Shown in pieces: positions 46,928 to 60,670 of a stretch of DNA of 64,000 bases; position 1 is the first letter of the stretch; every line of letters starts with the position of its first letter. The notes beneath the pieces were generated by a model, which saw nothing but the letters and a program-made list of their open reading frames with translations, did not search any database and was not told where the DNA came from. This stretch comes from the human T2T-CHM13v2.0 reference genome, Homo sapiens: assembly GCF_009914755.1 (NCBI RefSeq), contig NC_060929.1; one strand, 5' to 3'. Position numbers and translations under genes: made by a program.

Positions 46928-49292
46928 ATTTTTTTAATAATGAAGACTTGTTTTACTTTTTCAATTATTTCTGATTTATAAGACCCTAGACAAGTGGGAC
47001 ATTAAATTGTAAATTTTGATACTAAAATAACATAAAAAGGGTTTATTTTAACTATATAGAAAGTATTCTGGGATAAGGGAAGATTGTCATACTATGCACT
47101 TGATCTTAATCAAAAGACTAATCCTAGCAAAACTGCAATGCCCCAATACTACCTTGAATCACTAACTTTTAGCAATAAACTCAATTCCTATGTCTAAACC
47201 TCCTTTTTCGATATTAACTTGGTAGACTTAATAACACAAACTGTACAAAACAGTCTCATGAATATTTTGTTTCTTTTTTTCCTTAATTTTTGAATAGGGA
47301 TGAGAAACAATAGAAAACCACTTTGTGCACGTATCATTCATTTCTTGTAGCATTACAAATGTACCATCTGGACCACAGATTAAGTACTATGCTTATTTTT
47401 AAAGAAATACCAAAGCCCCAAATTTCTGGTAAAGTCTAAATTTATCCAAATCGTATACATCATAACATTAATCAATCCAACCAACATTTTCTTCAACATT
47501 TACTTATATCATGCAGTTTCTTCGAGATAAAATTGTTTTAAAAATCAAGCCAAATTTCTAATAGCTTTATATTTGAAATTACTATAAAAACATAAAACAG
47601 CAAAAACTAAAGGACCAAAGTCTTCTACAGCACTTCTCTGAAGTGCTATAAAAGTAATGCACCTAAACAAAAATTTAAGCTATTATACTCTAATGTGGAG
47701 GGAGTCAGCATTAAAAGTTTACTTACATTTTTAAGAAAATTACACTTTAAAAATCCTCCTTCCTCATACATACATACACTTACCAGCCAAATCTCTAAAA
47801 ATTAAATTTATTTCAGGAAAATAACAAATACTTAAAATTTCATAGATGACAGTACTAAAAAATCTGGGAAAATTCTGGTCTTACTATGTGATTGAAAAAA
47901 ATCAAATCGAAGAACTACTACTTTCACTACATATAACATTGTCAGTGAAAAATACTAGCATTTATTCATTTCAAATAACTTCTACAAAAAAATTTAATTA
48001 CAATAATCAAAACGTAATATAAAATATTTACTACATTAAGAACTCTTAAAGACTACATAGAATCTAAACTTTTAGAGCAGTTAGCGTTCCTAAAAAGTAT
48101 TCTGGAAAATGCACTGTGCTATAAGAATCAGATATGGCAAGCGTCTATAACTGCTCACTAATGTATCAAAAGCTTAGAAAACAAATATAGAAGTGTTAGT
48201 CTTTCTTTAAAAGACTAATGTCTATTAACAGCTTAAAACAGGGCACAGTAGGGGGTTAATATGTTGTTGTCCGAATCACTTTCATCAGTTTAAGTACCTA
48301 TTAGTTCTTATTAGCAATGAGCTAGCAAGGTGCTATTGGTCTTTTAAAGTTTTTTCTGCTTCTTCTTATTCTATTTGGCTAGATAGATACTTTGGCAATA
48401 GTGTTTGAAACATGAAGTACAGATTCGTGTTTTTGTTTAGATTTTAGATTTTTGAATTTTAGATTTGTATTGAAAAATGTTTTCTCCTTTTAAGACTACA
48501 TTCAGAAGGAAACTTGTTCAGCATATCTGTATGGTTAATTTGTTTTTATCTTATAATTTTCAAAAATATTCAACATAGTCTCCAAAATTTCTCCAAAGGG
48601 GAGAAATCAAGATGATCTTCTCAGAAACTAAAGCAATTCATATGCAAAGCCTCTTGAGATCACTAATACAGAACTGTTTACCAAGCTAACTTAGTTTCTA
48701 GCATAAGCAATGGTTATTCTTCAGCTATCACAAAATTATTTAAAAACTGAAATTCAAATGATAAAACTGAAAAAAATGGTTGAAGTTCACTGAACCTAGT
48801 TTCAAGGACTAAATGTTAAATAAAATCTAAGACTTAAAAAAATTTCAACAAAAAAGCCATTCTGAGGAATCCACATCTGTGAAATAACTGTAATGTAGTA
48901 ATATGGAATGTTTCCCACAGTTCTGGCTCTACCAGTAATTAGCTGGGTAATCCTGAGCAAACTAATTACCACCTACTTCTCTTGTCTATTTCTGCGTGTG
49001 TGTGGAGAGAGAGATATGGAGGGGGAGAGAGGAATATGGGGGAGGGAGAGACTCAGAGACAGAAAATGAGAATATCTAAGAATCTCTAAGGGATACTTCA
49101 TCAGCTCTACGATTTAGTTTTGCTTTTTTTTTTTTTAAGATTTTCTCCTTTTAGAACTATATTCAAAGTGAAATTAATTTAAATGGGTTAGCATCTCTGC
49201 CGGCCTAATTTGTTCTTATCTTAAAATTTACAATGATGTAGAAAGTACTTTCCTAAAAAAGCTAAACATACTTGGGCATTGCCACTTCTTGT

Positions 49293-50178
49293 ACAGTTGA
49301 CCCTTAAACAATGGAGACAGAATAGAAGTGCTGACCCTCCTAATGTTTGAAAATCTGCATAAAATTTTTGACTCCCCAAAAACTTTACTGATAACCTACT
49401 GTGGACCAGAAGCCTTACCAATAACATAAAGTCAATTAACACATATTTTGTACGTTATATGTATTACATGCTGTATTCTTACAATAAAATAATCTGGAGA
49501 AAAAATATTAAGACAATCATAAGGAAGAGAAAATACATTTACAGTATTGTACTGTGTTTACCAACACCTTAAGTTTATGTTGCCTGTTTACAAGAGGAAC
49601 CATCTGCCTGAAATGGTGGCAAATGCAGCCACAGACCTCAATCTACAGGTACGTATCAAGCAATTCAACTTTTTCTTGTAATGTCATGACTTTTCTCTGC
49701 TTCTTTGGGGCACTTTCAGCACCACTAGTGGGTCCCATGGTGTTATTCAAGATTTACATTCAAGGTTTACATTATTGCACTAAACACAAAAAATACATGA
49801 GAACCGCGAGAGATCACTTTTTAATGTTAAAACACAATTTACTGAAGAGATGAACTGTTCACAAGAAGGTGATGAGTGTCAACACTGAGTGAGTCACAAC
49901 AGCAACAAGAGGTGGCTACAAAATTATTACAGTAGTACAGCATGGACTACAGTTATTATATGCGTAATAATACTGCATCTTTACACTTGTTTACATTTCT
50001 CAACCACAAATTATGCTATGCATGTTCTGTGTTTCTATGTTTTGATAAATTTTAACTTTGTATAACAGATGTGTGCATATTTTATGGTAGCAAATGATAA
50101 AATGGACTAGTGTCTACACATATTTCATATAATTATGACATACCTAACTTTGTTTTAATTTCTTTGATATTTCAACTG
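49293..50178. mobile_element. Tigger2-family element (Tigger2b/MER8-related)
   Basis: TA-cagttgaccctt...ttttgactccccaaaaactt...gaagccttacc.ataacataaa...; ends tcaactg-TA. Confidence 0.85.
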
Positions 50179-50239
50179 TACTGTCTTACAGTGTAATTAT
50201 TTCCAGACCAAAAGGCCGTGTTAACAAAATACTGTATAA

Positions 50240-50900
50240 ATCATTAGTAGAACTATAAATAGTCAATAGAACTCTTTAAGGCCAATTTGCCAATATCTCT
50301 CAATACGTAAAACACACATAGTACCCTTTAAGCCGGCAATTGCACTTGTAGGAATTTATTCTACAGATAAATCTGCCAATTTGTAAAGCAACAAACAAGG
50401 AAATTCACAGTAGCATTTTCCAAAACAGCAAAACTTTGGAAACAATATAAAGGTCCATCAATAGAAGACTAGTTTTTTTTAAATGTGGTATGTCCATTCC
50501 GAATACTTTGCAGTCTTTAAAAGGAACGAGGCTGCTCTACATGTTCTAATGTTAAATGCAATGTAAAAAAGTATCTAGAAAGTATACTACCATTTGCATT
50601 TGAAGATATGTATGTAAATACTTGTGCATGCACAGAACATTTCTGGAAAGAGACACCAAAAAATGAATAATGATGTTCGCTCCAGGAGGGTTTCTCAGCT
50701 GGGTGGCTGGTGGACAGGGATTCCTGTTTCCTGTTTCACCGTATACCTCTTTGTACCTTTGCAAATTTGTGCTCTCTCTCTCTCTATATATATATAGAGA
50801 GAGCACAAATATATATATATAGCACAAATACATATACACACACACATATTTGTGCCATGTATGATATACATATGATATATATATCCTATTCAAAAAATTA
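50240..50900 (+). mobile_element. L1ME-like 3' end
   Basis: gcaattgcacttgtaggaatttat...ccatcaatag...tttctggaaagagacac...tttcaccgtatacc...ttgtgccatg...cctattcaaaaaa. Confidence 0.75.
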
Positions 50901-51784
50901 CTCAAATATTTTAAAATATATTAAATTTTAAAGGGACATAAGGAGTAAGACACTGTTTCTGTCCTCAAGAAACTTGAAATGTCACAAAGTAAATTCATTC
51001 ATTTTACAATATTTATCAAGATTTCTTTTTGTGCCAGGGCTCTGGGGATGTGTTCCTGACTCACGAAGTTTATACTAGTGGAGATTAATGTACAATACTA
51101 TGGTGTCTAAAAAAGGTCTAGTCCAAGTAAAGCAAGAATCAGAGAGCAGACTTCTGATAATCTCAGTTTTCACATCACTATCCAGAAGTAAAACTAGTCT
51201 GAGTTCACCTAAAATAATTAGTAGTAGCAAAAGAAGCAGTGACAGACATAAGCAGAAGCTATTGAAAAGAAAAAAATAGTAAGAGGCACATTTGGCCAAC
51301 AATATCACCTTTGTGAACTCAAAATATCAGAGACAAGTCTCTGTCAATTTAGAAATTTTATTTTGCCAAGATTAAAGACGCACCAGTGAAACAGACTCAG
51401 GAGGTCCTGAGGCCAGGTGGTCCGGGTACAGCTTGCTTTTGTACGTTTTAGGGAGACATAATACATTAGTCAACACATGTAAAATTTACATTGGTTTGAT
51501 CTGGAAGGGTGGGACAACTCAAAGGCAAGGTGCTTCCAGGTCATCGGTAGATTTAAACATATTCTGATTAGCAATTGGTTGAAAGAGTTATTATCAGTAG
51601 AAAGGAGTGTCTGGGTTAAGATAAGGGTTATGAAGACCAAGGTTTTGTCATGCAGATGAAGCCTCCAGGTAGCAAGCTTCAGAGAAAATAGACTGTAATT
51701 GTTATCACACTTAAGGTCTGTTGATGTTAATGCTGGAGGGGTAAAATGAAGCCTGTCTGACTCCCAGTTCCCATTACGGCCTGA

Positions 51785-52115
<331 letters not shown>

Positions 52116-52292
52116 CCAGCCTGACCAGTCTTTCAGGTTAAATTTTAGTGCCCTGGCCAAGAAGGGAGTCCATTAAGATGGTTGGGGGTGGGGGAGGGTT
52201 CCAATTTTATTTTTGATTTACATTCTCCCCAGAGGAGATGTGGCCAGAGGCAACATCAATGGCCACCAAATCTTAATTTTGTCCCATACCAC

Positions 52293-52620
52293 TGTAACCG
52301 CCCAAGGGGTTCACCCTGCCCACTGCCTAGACAGAGCCAATTCATCAAGACAGGGGAACTGCAAGAGAAAGAGTAATTCACATGGAGCCAGCTGTGTGGG
52401 AGACCAGAGTTTTATTATTACTCAAATCAGTCTCCCTGAGCATTCAGGGATCAGAGTTTCTATGAATAATTTGGTGGGTGGGAGGAAGCCAGTGAGCCAG
52501 GAGTGCTGATTGGTTAGAGATTAAATCATAGGGAGTCAAAGCTGTCTTCTTGCGCTCAGTCAGTTCCTGGGTAGGGGGTGCCACAAGATCAGATGAGCCA
52601 GTTTATTGATCTGGGTGGTA
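52293..52620 (-). mobile_element. Partial LTR8-like LTR
   Basis: tgtaaccgcccaaggggttcacc...ttttattattactcaaatcagtctccc; truncated after ctgggtggt. Confidence 0.8.
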
Positions 52621-53066
52621 CCAAGATCATCTGGTCCAATAGGCTGGTTGCAAGAATAACCTCCTGTGCATCTGGATCACATATACTCGTCAGCAATTGT
52701 TTAATTGCTGTGGGTCCTGCATCAACCCAAACAAGCTCCTTCATTTTGCAGCATTTACAATTAAGAAATTTGTCCTTAAAGTAGTTATTTTTACAATCCA
52801 TTATAGTAAAGGTTTCTCAGGAAGCTGATGATACCAGCCTACGAAATGGAACAATTTGTTTACATTATACCATATGGTTTAATAGTTACTTGGTTTTACC
52901 CTTCCCCCACATTAACTATCTTCTCTGTAACCACAGGTCTCAGAGGTAACTTTTGTTTAGTTTTTTCTTTTTATCCATTTAGGTTTATCTGTATAATTTT
53001 TTCCTTCCTTCCTTCCGATTTTCCTTTCTGGCTTAGTTTTTTCTTTTTATCCATTTAGTTTTATCT

Positions 53067-53296
53067 GATCTCCGCTCACTGCAACCTCCGCCTCCCAGGT
53101 TCAAATGATCCTACTGCCTCAGCCTCCAAAGTAGCTGGGATTACAGGCACATGCCACCATGTCCGGCTTATTTTTAATAGAGACGGAGTTTCACCATGCT
53201 GGCCAGGCTAGTCTCAAACTACTGACTTCAAGTTAATCTGTCCACCTCAGCCTCTCAAAGTGCGGGGATTACAGGTATGAGCCACCGCACCCGGCC
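53067..53296 (-). mobile_element. 3'-truncated, tailless AluS
   Basis: Begins gatctccgctcactgc. No poly(T), and the last ~45 nt of the right arm are absent. Confidence 0.9.
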
Positions 53297-54069
53297 TAAT
53301 TTTTTCTTTATTTTAAAGCAACTCTTAAAAAAAAATTACATTTTCTTTAGCAAAATCCACATCCTTGTGTTTTATAAACTTCACTGAAAACATGTTCTAC
53401 ACTCCTGCTACCTAACTCCTAAGAACCCAAATTCCCAGTGGGGGAGAAAAAAAAATGAGGTTTTAATTTAACAAAACATGACCTTAAGATTTTAAACTAC
53501 TGAAGAGAATTTTGAGATCAAATTTACCAAATTAACCTTACCAAAGATTACCAAAGTCATGTGAATTAAAAGGCATGTGAGCTAGCTTCTATCAGAATGG
53601 CAAGCCCTTACTTTTCTTTAAGTCAATTGATTAGAGCTCTTTCACACAGTTTAATAGTGAAGTATCACTTTCTCCTGACACATATACAGATATAAGAGAC
53701 ATGCAGACAAAAGCAGATCCAACATTTTTCACCTGCTTTTTTAAAAACATTCCCTCCCTTACTTTAAACCATTAATTTAAAAAATGTTACAACAAAAGCT
53801 GAAGCAGAAAGTTACCATCCCAGGCCTTCATAAAAGAGAGAAGGAGGTAAGGCAGCAGGGTATAGCTTCTGAGATATCGTGAATAACTTCAAAATGAGAC
53901 AGATTACAGAATTTAAAAATTAAAAACATCTTGCTTTGAGTAACTATTTTTAATGACATCTTGTTTTAACCAATTATTTAATTCTGTATTAGGGTATTTT
54001 TAATATCAAAGTTCAATTTTAACAAAAACTATTATAGTTTCCTTTAATTATAGCCAATTAATCACATAA

Positions 54070-54366
<297 letters not shown>

Positions 54367-55600
54367 TAATATTTGTATAAATTCCTTTTTTATTAACCTT
54401 ATTAAAACTTAGACCATTCACAGCATGTCTGGACTCTATGGCTTGTCCTGAATATTTCTCTTTCTTGAAGAACCCAGTCATTTTATTTTAGGATAAAAAT
54501 TCACCATACAAGACTCTTTCTCACATAAAATTACTTTTCTTTAACCTTTCTTACCAAAAATACCTATTTATTTCTATAACTTTCTTTACATCTCTCTTAC
54601 TTCCTGGTCCCTTTTACCTTGTTTTATACATAACCTTTAAATAAGCTTTGAATTAGACAAATTATTTACCTTTTAATAAGAATATATTTTTTAGAATGTT
54701 TTCCTACAATGCGTTTTTTAAATTGAAAAATATCCAGACATTTAATGAAATATTCAGTATAACTTTAGATTCTAATTTATGACAAGTTTATTTACAAGTA
54801 TTTATTCCACTACATTTACTTAACAGTTTACCTAGATTATTTATGAAAACTGTGACAGTCATCATGTAAAGTTATTTCCCTGTCAACCATTTTTATATCC
54901 TGTGAATTTTGGGTGATTACCTAAGTAAGAACCTTAAGATTATATACAGGGTTATTTTACCAGTAATTCAAGATATAGCTGTTTTCATTAAACCAATATT
55001 AATGTCTTATTAAAAATTACACAACCAAAGATCATTCTGGTTTTGGCTGGGTTTATTTTTTAAACCTTAGAGTATTTGGCAGAGATAAAAATGAAATTGT
55101 TTCATCAATAAATGCAAACAAAAATGCTGACAATTCTTAAGACATTTCTAATATTATTTTACCAATAATTTAAAAGTTACATTATTAAATATTTTACTTC
55201 AGTCATGTGAACTTGAAAAGTATTTGGGATTATTATTTAATTTATGAGTACTCTTTTAGCTAAATTTGGTACCTTGCGGCCAAAAACACACAACAAAATA
55301 CATGTAGCTATACATAAACACACACATACTCATAAAAACAAAGTTCTACAGCTTTTACTTCAGAACTCTAGCCATGAGATAGTAATACAAACTCACTGGT
55401 TTGCAAAAACAATAACAAAAAGAAATGGTTGGATTCATACAGTGGATTTTATCTCAGTAGAAAAGTAGCAGCAGACTTAAAGCAGGCAGAAAAGAAAGCA
55501 GAGAGACAGAGAACTTAGGAATTTTATAGTTACAGGTTAACCTTTGGGATCTGACTCTTCCTCAATGTAATTTGCCCATCAGTTTAAAATGTGCACAAGA

Positions 55601-55915
55601 GGCCAGGCACGGTGGCTCACACCTGTAATCCCGGCACTTTGGGAGGCCAAGGCGAGCAGATCATGAGGTCAGGAGCTCAAGACCAGCTTGACCAACATGG
55701 TGAAACCCTGTCTCTAATAAAAATATAAAAATTAGCCGTGTGTGGTGGTGCACGCCTGTAATCCCAGCTACTCAGGAGGGCTGAGGCAGAATTGCTTGAA
55801 CCTGGGAGGCGGAGGTTGCAGTGAGCCAAGATCATGACACTGCACTCCAGCCTGGGCACAGAGCGAGACTCCATCTCAAAAAATAAATAAAAATTTAAAA
55901 TAATAAATAAATAAA
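55601..55915 (+). mobile_element. AluS
   Basis: TSD aaaatgtgcacaaga. Confidence 0.95.
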
Positions 55916-56026
55916 ATGTGCACAAGAACAGACCTAATATGTAACTAGCTGGAGTATTAGAAAACCTGGCATGCTCTTCCATTTATATAACCATTTGCAA
56001 CTAGAGGCACCATAAAACCAAATAGG

Positions 56027-56336
56027 GGCCGGGTGCAGGGGCTCACACCTGTAATCCCAGCACTTTGGGAGGCCAAGGAGGGCAGATCATCTGAAGTTCG
56101 GAATTTGAGACTAGCCTAACCAACATGGAAAAACCCTGTCTCTACTAAGAATACAAAATTAGCTAGGAGTGGTGGCGCATGCCTGTAATCCCAGCTACTC
56201 AGGAGGCTGAGGCGGGAGGATAGCTCGAACCCGGGAGGCGGAGGTTGCGGTGAGCAGTGATGGCACCATTTGCATTCCAGCTGGGTCAACAAGAGCGAAA
56301 CTTTATCTCAAAAAACAACAACAACAACAAAAAAAA
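56027..56336 (+). mobile_element. AluSp-like
   Basis: gttcggaa, catggaaaaa, gttgcggtg and caacaagagcgaa diagnostics. Confidence 0.92.
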
Positions 56337-58170
56337 CACAAATGGGTTGCCCAAGGGGGGTCGTTCTCCTTGTTTTTCCTCATTATTAGATGATTTGTTT
56401 GTCACATTTTTTTAAAAGGAGGAACCAGACCGTGGCCTAGGATTTCGTGTAGTGGGTCCAAGTGTGCTGATTGTGGGGAGGACTCAACAGTGTGTCACCA
56501 TGGAGTCATTTCCACCCTCCTACGTCTCAATTTTTCTCTCCAGAGGTCTAGCACCTTCCAGAGGGCTCAAAGTGCAGAGTGACCAGCTCCTATATGCATT
56601 TCCTAGACAAGCCTTTTTAAACTAATTGTGTTGGGAGTTCCCTGTAGGGCTGCTGCACAAGTCACAAGGGGTAAACCCCCCAGACACTCCCATTGGGCTC
56701 CCGGTCACTCAAAGGCACCTTCTGGTTGGGAGGAGCACAATGACCTTTATCTTCAGAGCTGAGGAAACACAATCTCTCATTTATCTATGAAAATGACTTT
56801 TCAGTTTCTCAGGTGAATGTGCAGACAAGCCAATGGAGATTAATTTTGGAAGGAAAGGCAATGAAGACTTTAGAATCTTCTAAAGAATCTTGCCCGCTAG
56901 AATTAGCATCCTAAAGAACAACTTCCTAAGAGGAAAAAAAAAAAAAAACAGCTAGGACTGCTTCCTATAAATTGTCCTCAGCCACCTTTAACTTTGTAGT
57001 TCTCATCCACCATTACACACACCAAGGTCAAATCCTTTCACTGTACAGGGTAGTCTCTGGAACCCCCGAAAGCCAAAGAGATCAGGTAATGCAATATGGG
57101 AAAGCAGAGCGTTAGACCTAAGAAGAATCTGCCCATGACCCTTGAAACTCCACAAACAGAACACCCCAAAAACAGGTGAATGCACCTTTGTTGTGAGTTC
57201 TTTAAGAGTTCGAGTCATTAAAAACCTTCTCTAGACCTTTTCTTGGTACCAAAGATGGCAAAAGGGGTAAGGAGCAATAGAGTGTAAGAAAAGTAATGAA
57301 AGAACAATTTTTTTTTAAGACAGGAAACAAATACAGAAACCAAGTGCTTGGTTTTATTCTGGTTTTCTTTTTGCAAGTGTAAGGAATTTTAGCCAATTCA
57401 GAGGCTTTGTTCCCCATAATTTGGAATTCTCATTCAGATCTGACCACGTCAGGTAGAGTTGGTCAAATCTGATGGGACAAAGACCAGAACAACAACAACA
57501 ACAAAAAATCCAACAATATGATTACAGAGTGCTCTAATGGTAAGCAGAAATTAAGGCCAGCTGGTTGTTCATCTTAACTTTAGCCCAGAAAAAAACCCCA
57601 ATTCAGCTACTTGCCTAGGAACGGGACCCCAGCTAAAGACTGCTCTCTAGCATCCTAGAGGCAGGAAAAAAACTCAAGCTCGCCTTTCCTGTTGGAAGTG
57701 AGCTGAAACTTCAGAAAGGAGTTAGTTACCTGCCTTCCACCATCATGGAAGCAGGAAAACTTGCCTTCCTTGTTGGAAGCAAGTAAAATTCCAGAAAAGG
57801 AGTTGTACAGCAACAACAACAACAAAAAACAACTTTAGATCTCAACCAAATTTTGGGACATCAGGGATTCTCTGGAGGCAGGGGTTCCTAGGCCTCAGCC
57901 AATTGTCCTATTGGTTTGAGCCATAAAGATAGCCCAAGCTGGTACCAAGCACCAATAGATTTGTCAAAGGTCAGAGCCACCTCCACTCAGAATCCCTCCC
58001 GTGGTTACCAAACATGAATTCAAAATATCTGAGACCAGTCTCAGTCAATTTGGAAAGTTTATTTTGCCTAGGTTAAGGATGTGCCCGTGACATAGCCTCA
58101 GGAGGTCCTGATGACACGTGCCCAAGGTGGCTGGAGTACAGTTTGCTTTTATATATTTTAGAGAGATACA

Positions 58171-59428
58171 AGGTCAAGGGTAGAAGGTATCTGAGTCTCA
58201 TGGCACCAAATATGTTAGGGGTGGCAAATCTGTACGGGTCTGCAGCAATCTCAATTCTTGCCTCCTCAGAAGAAAGAATTCGACTGAGGGGTATAAGGTA
58301 GAAAAAGAGAATGAGGCAAGTTTCAGATCAGGAGCAGAAGTTTATTAAAAAGCTTTAGAACAGAAAAGGAAAGTACACTTGGAAGAGACCTGAGAGGGTA
58401 ACCTAAAGTACAAGTGTGGCGTTTGACCTTTTGATTTGGGGTTTTATATGTTGGCATGAGGGAAGAGAGAGACCCTCTCATATTGTTTTATATTGTTTTA
58501 TACTCAGTACCTGTTTTAAGAAAAAAACAAGAAAGTGAAATCAAAGACAGGCGGCCTGGCGCCAGGCCCAAAACCAGGCCTGGGCCTGCCTGGCCTAAAC
58601 CTAGTAGTTAAAAATCAACTCACGACTTAGAACCTGATGTTATCCATGGATTCCAGGCATTGTAAAGAAGAACATTTTGAAACTCCCTGTTCTGTTCTGT
58701 TTCACTCTGACCCCTGTCACATATCCCCTAGATTGCTTAATCAATCACGACCCTTTCATGTGAAATCTTTAGTGTTGTGAGCCCTTAAAAGGGACAGGAA
58801 TTGCTCACTTGGAGAGCTCGGATTTTAAGACAGTAGCTTGCCGATGCTCCCAGCTGAATAAAGCCCTTCCTTCTACAACACGGTGTCTGAGAGGTTTTGT
58901 CCACGGCTCGTCCTGCTACAGGCATACTTCCAGGGTCTTGTGTCCCTTTCCCCATGACTCTTCACTTAGTGTGGGCTGCCTTCATGTGTAGTGCTCTCCT
59001 TACACTTGGGAGGTGAGCATGCACAGTGTGTTTAGGAAGTTGTATGTATGCCTGCCTGAGGCATTCTTCCTTCTTCCAGTGGAATGCCCCCAGGTCATTC
59101 TCTGCCATTTTCTCTTAATGCACATGCCCGGGTTCACTTGCTCAATTCCTAACATTTTATTGGAGACTGACTGCCAATTTTAAGTATTATCTGTTTGGGA
59201 AATTGCTGCTCCCTGCTGTCTGTGATCAATTATCACTTTAGTGTGACAACCGGGGACCATCAGGAAACTGCTTCTCCCTGGCACCAACTGCCGATTATCA
59301 TTTTTAGAGAGGCAGTGGGATAACTGCCAAACCATCACCTGACGGTCACCTGACACTCCTGGTGGGTGGGTAGGTGGGAAACCCTTTCCTGCCCACCTCA
59401 TGCCTGGCTATAGCTACCTACTGTAACA
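58171..59428 (-). mobile_element. LTR9-like solo LTR inserted in the MER4 5' LTR
   Basis: tacgggtctgcagcaa.ctcaattcttgcctcctcagaagaaagaattcgactgagggg; ends ctacctactgtaaca. The MER4 LTR resumes at ataatatatcagtcaa. Confidence 0.78.
58457..58920 (+). mobile_element. LTR2B-like solo LTR (HERV-E/Harlequin group)
   Basis: TG...CA ends (tgagggaagagagagaccctctcatattg...tcctgctaca), perfect 4-bp TSD GGCA, cttaaaa TATA-like box, AATAAA at about 58857. Confidence 0.85.
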
Positions 59429-60670
59429 ATAATATATCAGTCAATACATGTAAGATTTGCATTGGTTTGATCTGGAAGGGCAGGACAAATCAAAGAGTGG
59501 GGACGCTTCCAGGTCATAGGTAGATTTAAACATATTCTGATTGGTAATTGGTTGAGTTATTATCCGTAGAAAGGAACATCTGGGTTAAGATAAGGAGTTG
59601 TGGAGATCAAGGTTTTATCATGCAGATGAAGCCTCCAGGTAGCAGACTTCAGAGAAAATAGATTGTAATTGTTTCTTATCAGATTTAAGGTCTCTGTTGA
59701 TGTTAATGCTGGAGGGGTATAATGAGGTATGTGCGACTCCTACTTCCCATAATGGTCTGAACCAATGTTTCAGGTTAAATTTTACAGTGCCCTGGCTGAG
59801 GAGGGAGTCCATTCAGATGGTTATGGGGGGCCTTTGAATTTTATTTTTGGTTTACGCATCAAAGCAAGAGATAAAAAATTTAAAGTAAGCATAAAACCAG
59901 GTTATTACACAATATAATCCAAGCATTTTCCAATTAGAGACTCAGTTATGCTGCAAAGATGCCTATTAATGTGAGGTGTTTAGGCATCTCAGTAGGCATT
60001 TTCCATAGGAAAAATGTTACACTTGGTGTTAAACTTCAGAAGCATCCCACAAAAGCCTATTTAATGTATTTCAATGGGCATGAAACATGATTCACAGAAT
60101 ACTATGTATACTTTGTATAAGTATGTATACTTATACAATATACTTATAAGTATGCATAATTAGTAAAAATTCAGAATTCCAACTTAGATGCCAAGAAGGC
60201 CTGCTAATTCATTACAGTCCTTGCCATTGAAGTGGTGACTATTCTACCTCCTAAGAGCTAAGATGAGAAACTAGAACAGAAGCAATGTCAGAGTTTGAGA
60301 ATAAATGACTGGGATTCCAAGGCAAAATAGGTTTATCTGCCCTTTTTCTTCTTCTCCCTTTTATCCTCCTTAATCAGAGAACAGCACTGAACTGGACAAG
60401 AGTTGAGAGAAGAGGGGAGGGTTGAAGAAAAGACAGCATTTGATTCTCTTTCCTACTTCTAACACAGAGGATCAGTCCTCAATAGGACACTGAAATGGAG
60501 GGAAACTGAAAGGCTAAAGCTGAACCTAAAGCAACAGCAGAATTTAGAAGACATAGGAGGGAAGGAAGTAAATCCCTAGCCAGTTTATGTAAGGAAAAAA
60601 ATCACTCTTTATGTTATACATAGGTATACATAAATTAGGAATTTGAGTAATTATTTCAATTAATACTCTA

